NCBI GenBank assembly: GCA_965213625.1
Contig: CBDBZU010000004.1
Span: forward strand, 2,656,001 to 2,720,000
Length of the DNA: 64,000 bases
Direction of reading: 5' to 3'
Origin: a bacterium
GTDB lineage: Bacteria > UBA8248
Below, in pieces: positions 59,385 through 64,000 of the stretch. The translations under genes and the position numbers were made by a program. The notes beneath the pieces were generated by a model. The model searched no databases. It was not told where the DNA came from and saw only the letters and a list, made by a program, of their open reading frames with translations. The stretch's first letter is position 1, and every line of letters starts with the position of its first letter.

Positions 59385-60287
59385 CTAACGGTTCATGCGA
59401 CCGGGCCTGCGCCGGTTCACTTTCTTGATGTGTTTTGCGATGTATTGAACGAGGGCGGGGTTTCCGATAAGCAAGGATTGCCGCCACTTGCGGGCGGCGT
59501 CCAGGTCTTTCGGTGTGTTCTCCCCGGAGAAGAAGCAATCCAGCTCCCGCCATTGGTTCGTGCGGTCACGCCGGGCGAGTGTCATGCCCCCAGCCTCTTT
59601 CACAAGAATCGCGCCCGCCGCCACGTCCCAGATGCTGGGAACGCCGAAGAGCGTATAGTGCAGGCCTCCGCGCGCCACGAGGGCCTGCTCGTAGCACATC
59701 GATCCGGTGGCGCGTACCTCGCCCAGGTTCTTTTTGAGCGGCCCCGTCGGGCGGAATTGCGTCCAGTAGGAGCCGGGCAGGGCGGCGATGCGCTTTCCGG
59801 TGGGTTTGTCCTCTTCCGCCACTTCGATCCGGTGCTCGTTGCGGAACGCTCCGCCGCCCTCAAATGCATGGTAGATGGTGCCTTTGTCCTCGGGCGTGAA
59901 AATGGCGCCCGCAATTGAGCGCCCGCGCTTCAAGACCCCCACGGAACAACCCCAGACGTGCAATCCGTTCAGGAAATTTTTCGTACCGTCGAGCGGATCC
60001 AGAACCCACAAATATTCGGGCACTTCTCGCGCACCCTGTTTTTTTGCCTCTTCCTCGTCTTTGGGTTTTTCCTCGCCCAGTACGCCATGCGCCGGAAATT
60101 TTTTGTTTATCGCTTTCGTGAGAAACTCCTGGCTTGCGCGGTCGGCTTCGCTCACCGGGTCGGTTTCGGCCTTGTTCTTATAGTCCACCGCCACCTGCTT
60201 GCCGAAAAGCCCCATCAGGATTTCTCCCGCCTCGCGGGCGATTTGAGAGGCAGACTCGGCCAGGGCCTGAGAAGTAGGGTCGCTCAT
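59385..60287 (-). CDS. Inositol monophosphatase family protein
   Basis: EAD, GEE, WVLDPLDGT.NF, WDVAAG. Confidence 0.92.
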   Translation of the reverse strand: MSDPTSQALAESASQIAREAGEILMGLFGKQVAVDYKNKAETDPVSEADRASQEFLTKAINKKFPAHGVLGEEKPKDEEEAKKQGAREVPEYLWVLDPLDGTKNFLNGLHVWGCSVGVLKRGRSIAGAIFTPEDKGTIYHAFEGGGAFRNEHRIEVAEEDKPTGKRIAALPGSYWTQFRPTGPLKKNLGEVRATGSMCYEQALVARGGLHYTLFGVPSIWDVAAGAILVKEAGGMTLARRDRTNQWRELDCFFSGENTPKDLDAARKWRQSLLIGNPALVQYIAKHIKKVNRRRPGRMNR

Positions 60288-61333
60288 TATTCACGCTCCA
60301 GCGGGGGGAGGTCGAGCCTTCGGGCGATTTCATCGAGTTCGTCGAGCCGCTCGGCCGATAGCTCGAACCCGTCGCGTCGGCGCTTCGTCTCGCTTTGATG
60401 TTCGATTTCGCCCGGAATGAAAATCGTCTCCACGCCCGCCGCCTTGGGCGTTGCCTTGATGATGGAAATAAAGGCGTTGGCGGCGGCCTGGAATTGCGAC
60501 AATGGCAGCAGCGCTTCGACGTTGACGGCGGCGAAAATGCTCGTGACGCGGCTTTTCCCATGAAACTCGTTGATGCCCACGATCTCGTGGCTGTGGCCGC
60601 CTCCCGCGAGGGAGCCCAAGATGGCGTCGATGGCGATGGAAAGTCCACTCCCCTTATAGCCCGCAATCGGAGAGAGAAGTGAGCTTTCGAGGACTTGGTG
60701 GGGGTCGGTAGTGGGTCTTCCCTCTTTGTCCAGCCCCCAGCCCTCGGGGATGAGTTCACCCGCGCGCGCCGCCTCGATAATGTAGCCTCGCGCCACGACG
60801 GAAAGCGCCATGTCCAGCACCATGGGCGGGTCGCTTGGCAGAGCGACCGAGATGGGATTATTGCCGATCTTTGGTTCTTTTCCTCCCGCAGGGGGCAAAA
60901 CGCGCAGCGTGTTCGTCGTCACGAGGCCCACCATGCCCGCTTCGGGAGCCATGGCAGCGTACGTGGCTGCGGCGCCGAAATGGTTGCTCTCCTTGAGCAG
61001 TACGACGCCCACGTTGTGGGTTTGGGCGCGGGCGATGGCTTCTTCCATCGCGCGTTTGGAAACCACCTGACCCATGCCGTTGTCACCGTCTGCTAGCGCC
61101 AGGGCGCCTGCGTCTTTGACGACTTTGAAATTCGGAGTCGGATTCGCCAGGTTGACCTCCAGGCGTCTGGCGTAGTGCGGCATGCGGATTACGCCGTGGC
61201 TGGTGACGTCGCGCAACTCGGCCGTCACAAGCGTCTCCGCAGTCCATGCCGCATCATCCACCGGCATACCGAGCTTGGTGAAGACCCGGTTCAGGAAGAC
61301 TTGAAGCTTTTCGCCAGTCGTGTGTCCGCTCAT
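60287..61333 (-). CDS. Ldh_2 (malate/L-lactate/sulfolactate dehydrogenase) family oxidoreductase
   Basis: SHG, SNHFG, GNNP, LDMA, GYKGSGL, IPGE. Confidence 0.9.
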   Translation of the reverse strand: MSGHTTGEKLQVFLNRVFTKLGMPVDDAAWTAETLVTAELRDVTSHGVIRMPHYARRLEVNLANPTPNFKVVKDAGALALADGDNGMGQVVSKRAMEEAIARAQTHNVGVVLLKESNHFGAAATYAAMAPEAGMVGLVTTNTLRVLPPAGGKEPKIGNNPISVALPSDPPMVLDMALSVVARGYIIEAARAGELIPEGWGLDKEGRPTTDPHQVLESSLLSPIAGYKGSGLSIAIDAILGSLAGGGHSHEIVGINEFHGKSRVTSIFAAVNVEALLPLSQFQAAANAFISIIKATPKAAGVETIFIPGEIEHQSETKRRRDGFELSAERLDELDEIARRLDLPPLERE

Positions 61334-61906
61334 TCAACCCTCACGCGTGAACAGATAGGCCATTCCGTGCCGGACGTGTTCGCCCGCGTCTACCTCGCTC
61401 AGAAAATCTGCCCGCGAAACCGACCAGCGGTTCACCTCGCTCAATTCCCGTACGTCCCAGCCGGGCGTACCCCAAAGCGCATCGCTCCCTGCGTAGCCCG
61501 GTCCCTGCTGCACCACCGCCAGATACCAGTGGATGCTCCTCGTGTCCAATATTTGTTTCTCGGCGCCCGAATCAAACGGCAGCCAGCAGGAGAACACGAA
61601 ATCAGGCGTATGGGCGAGGAGCGCATCCCGCGCGTCCAGGGTTTCGACTCTATCGCTTCCGGCCGGGTCGGTCAGTTTCAGGTTCACGCCACGCGCCTGC
61701 AGCGCTTTTCCTATCGTGGCGTCGCCGGCCCCCACTTCCAGAGGCGATTCGGGAGCGAGGGCTAAAATTTCCTTTGTCAGCGCATCCAGCCATTCGACCA
61801 CGGGTAGCTGAAAGAGGTTTTCCCTCTCACAAAATGCGAGCCAGCCGTCCTTTCGTTCCACTTCTGCAAGCTTTGCGATCGCCTCGGCGTAGGGGAGTGG
61901 ATTCAT
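61334..61906 (-). CDS. Hypothetical SAM-methyltransferase-like protein
   Basis: LEVGAGDA motif I; short Rossmann-like size. Confidence 0.55.
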   Translation of the reverse strand: MNPLPYAEAIAKLAEVERKDGWLAFCERENLFQLPVVEWLDALTKEILALAPESPLEVGAGDATIGKALQARGVNLKLTDPAGSDRVETLDARDALLAHTPDFVFSCWLPFDSGAEKQILDTRSIHWYLAVVQQGPGYAGSDALWGTPGWDVRELSEVNRWSVSRADFLSEVDAGEHVRHGMAYLFTREG

Positions 61907-62028
61907 CTCTTAAACCCCGGGCGAGGAGAATTTTCGCCACTCTCTGGAAGGAGGTAAATCGCCTCTGTGAGAGAATTCACCCGCAACGTCTCTCCGAAAG
62001 TATCCTCTTGGGGCCTGCTATGAATCTC

Positions 62029-63237
62029 CTAGACGCTGGGCCCAATCCTGTTGATGGCGAAGGCGTTGTCCTCATGCAGGATTTCGGCCTTCGTCATTTT
62101 TCCGCTCGCGACGTCTATTACTTCGTCATAGACGCGCCGTCCGGCCACCTCAATGGGCGCGCCCTCGAAGATGTCCGTCACGTCCACATCCGTGGTGTCG
62201 GCCTGAAGCCTCGCTGAAAGTGGATTGCCGGTGATGCGGATGGTACTCATCAGAGGGTGGTTGATTGTATGGCCGCCGCCCGTGGAGAAGATGAGCACCT
62301 GCGAGCCGCCCGCTGCGATGCCGGTAATAGATTCTCCCCCGTGGCCCGGGGTGTCCATCACGTGGAGTCCGCTTCTGCGGTTCGCGCGTTTCGCCCACGG
62401 GATCACGTCCACGATGGGGGCCGAACCCGCCTTCTGGATGGCGCCCAGGGATTTTTCTTCAATCGTAGTCAGGCCGCCCTCCATGTTATCGCCCGTGGGC
62501 TGGCTGCCCCTCAGGTCGACGCCGCAGGCGAGGATGCGCTCTTCCATTTCCTCCACCATCCTCCAGATGCGCTTGCCCAGGGCAGGCCTTACGCATTTGT
62601 CGGCCAGAACGCCCTCGCCGCCCATCATCTCCGTGGTTTCGGCCAAAAGCGCGCGGCCGCCCTGCTTGACGACCTGGTCCGTCACCCAGCCGGTGGCCTT
62701 ATTATGCGAGAGCCCCGACGTGGTGTCCGACGTTCCGCAGTTGAGACCCAGCAGGAGTTTGCTCAAGGAAACTTCCTGGCGGCGTTCGTTCGTGAGTTCC
62801 CTGAGCATCTCCATGCCGATGCGCGTGGCCTTGGCGGTGGCGTCTATTGCGCCGCCGTCTTCGCGGATGTTGATCGCCTCCACCCGTTTTCCCGTTTTGG
62901 CGATTTCATGGGCGATTTCGTCCGCCGTGCAGCCTTCCTCGCGGTGATGATCGATGACGATGACGGCGCCCGCATTGGCGTTTTGTCCATGTCCGACCAA
63001 GGTCTCGAACGTGCGCTGGATGTCAGGGCCGATCTGGCAGCGTCCCAGCGGATGGGTGAGGGCGACGCTATGCCTTAAGGTCCTCGCCACGCGCTCGCAA
63101 GTAGGGTTCGCGTAAAGTGTGCCGCTCAGTAAAAGGAGATAGTTTCTCGCCCCAACGTCTCCGTTTTCCCTGGGATATCCCCACCAGGTATTTCTCAGGC
63201 GTTTCGATTTTGCGCCGCTTCCGTTTCTTCTGGCCAT
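62029..63237 (-). CDS. UxaA/GarD family lyase large subunit (SuyB-like)
   Basis: GYPRENGDVGARN, CGTSD..SG, ETTE, GGLTTIEEKSLG, MDTPG, FSTG. Confidence 0.85.
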   Translation of the reverse strand: MARRNGSGAKSKRLRNTWWGYPRENGDVGARNYLLLLSGTLYANPTCERVARTLRHSVALTHPLGRCQIGPDIQRTFETLVGHGQNANAGAVIVIDHHREEGCTADEIAHEIAKTGKRVEAINIREDGGAIDATAKATRIGMEMLRELTNERRQEVSLSKLLLGLNCGTSDTTSGLSHNKATGWVTDQVVKQGGRALLAETTEMMGGEGVLADKCVRPALGKRIWRMVEEMEERILACGVDLRGSQPTGDNMEGGLTTIEEKSLGAIQKAGSAPIVDVIPWAKRANRRSGLHVMDTPGHGGESITGIAAGGSQVLIFSTGGGHTINHPLMSTIRITGNPLSARLQADTTDVDVTDIFEGAPIEVAGRRVYDEVIDVASGKMTKAEILHEDNAFAINRIGPSV

Positions 63238-63252
63238 CGTGAACCTCCTTAT

Positions 63253-63546
63253 CTACGCGAGGTCGCCGCGGCCGCGGGCGCTCTCTATGTTATGTACGTG
63301 AATGTAGTCGCCTACTTTGATATCCTTGCTCGCCACGCCGATGGACAGGCCGTATTTCATACAGTGCTCGCCCTTTTTCAGCGGCTTGATGCAGATTTTA
63401 TGGATGTAGGGAATCGCTTGGTTGGCCTTGAGCGTCTTGCCCATCTTTCCATTAAGCATGAGGCGGACGGAGCTTCCCTTCGCCACTTTTTCAAGACAGG
63501 TGGCGACGTTGTCTCCCTCTTCGATGATCATTGCAGTTACCGGCAT
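63253..63546 (-). CDS. SAF-domain small subunit of UxaA family lyase (SuyA-like)
   Basis: DNVAT, IPYIHK, KYGLSIG, HVHNIES. Confidence 0.88.
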   Translation of the reverse strand: MPVTAMIIEEGDNVATCLEKVAKGSSVRLMLNGKMGKTLKANQAIPYIHKICIKPLKKGEHCMKYGLSIGVASKDIKVGDYIHVHNIESARGRGDLA

Positions 63547-63687
63547 GTCTTCTCCTCAAAAATTCAGGGCGCGAATAATCCTCGCACCCAGTCATGTGAT
63601 GGATTTGTAAGGAACGTCCAATCAACGAGCCATAAACCTAGCGCATGGGGGCCAACACTTCAACAATGGCGGGGGTTTTCATCACGC

Positions 63688-64000
63688 TCAGCCCCCGGAC
63701 AAGTGGGCCACGCCGACATCTTCCGCTATCCGGTCCATATCCTGCGCGAGCGCTTCTTTGATTATGATGCCCTCAGACAATGCGGCACGGTATCTACGGT
63801 GAGCTCCTTCGCCGGGGATGCGGATTTCATCGAAGCCGGGCGCCAGCCCCGACGCCTTGATGCGCGTCACGGCCTCATCCACCGACGCCTTGTAATCGCC
63901 GCCCAGGCATCTCTCCGGGTCAATCGCCATAGCGAACATGGGAAGGCCGAAGGGCTTGTCCGTTTCCAGCCAGTCGGGCTGATCGGCGTCAAAACCGTTG
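63688..64000 (-). CDS. Ldh_2 family oxidoreductase, C-terminal part (runs off window end)
   Basis: AIDP...GFDEIRIPGE; frame open to the window edge. Confidence 0.7.
   Translation of the reverse strand, partial: NGFDADQPDWLETDKPFGLPMFAMAIDPERCLGGDYKASVDEAVTRIKASGLAPGFDEIRIPGEGAHRRYRAALSEGIIIKEALAQDMDRIAEDVGVAHLSGG

Overview
A GC-rich, gene-dense bacterial chromosomal segment with about 60 CDS. I see no rRNA, tRNA or CRISPR array. All calls come from motif recognition by eye; no searches were run. Housekeeping and metabolic genes include Mrp/ApbC, ddl, long Rel, nfi, a sugar ABC transporter, CopA/CopZ and a SuyAB/UxaA-like pair with Ldh_2 dehydrogenases. They are interleaved with accessory DNA: an AT-rich patch (small alarmone synthetase-like, GIY-YIG, HNH), AbiE and FitAB toxin-antitoxin pairs with visible operator palindromes, and an IS1182 element inserted in the loop of a palindromic repeat. 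Four loci stand out. (1) A 12-kb divergent locus (36.1-48.4 kb) has two unrelated ATP-grasp ligases flanking a DUF1611-like P-loop protein and an NTT-like/HEAT/cNMP fusion on one side, and an ATPase-less peptide ABC transporter plus an HDAC-family deacylase on the other. (2) A lipid-modification operon has a cyclopropane-fatty-acid synthase split into two genes around a geranylgeranyl-reductase-family gene. (3) A dispersed b6-type Rieske/cytochrome b complex comes with two small membrane peptides absent from the ORF track and an octaheme cytochrome c. (4) An AhpD-like CxxU selenoprotein candidate has a hairpin directly after the UGA.
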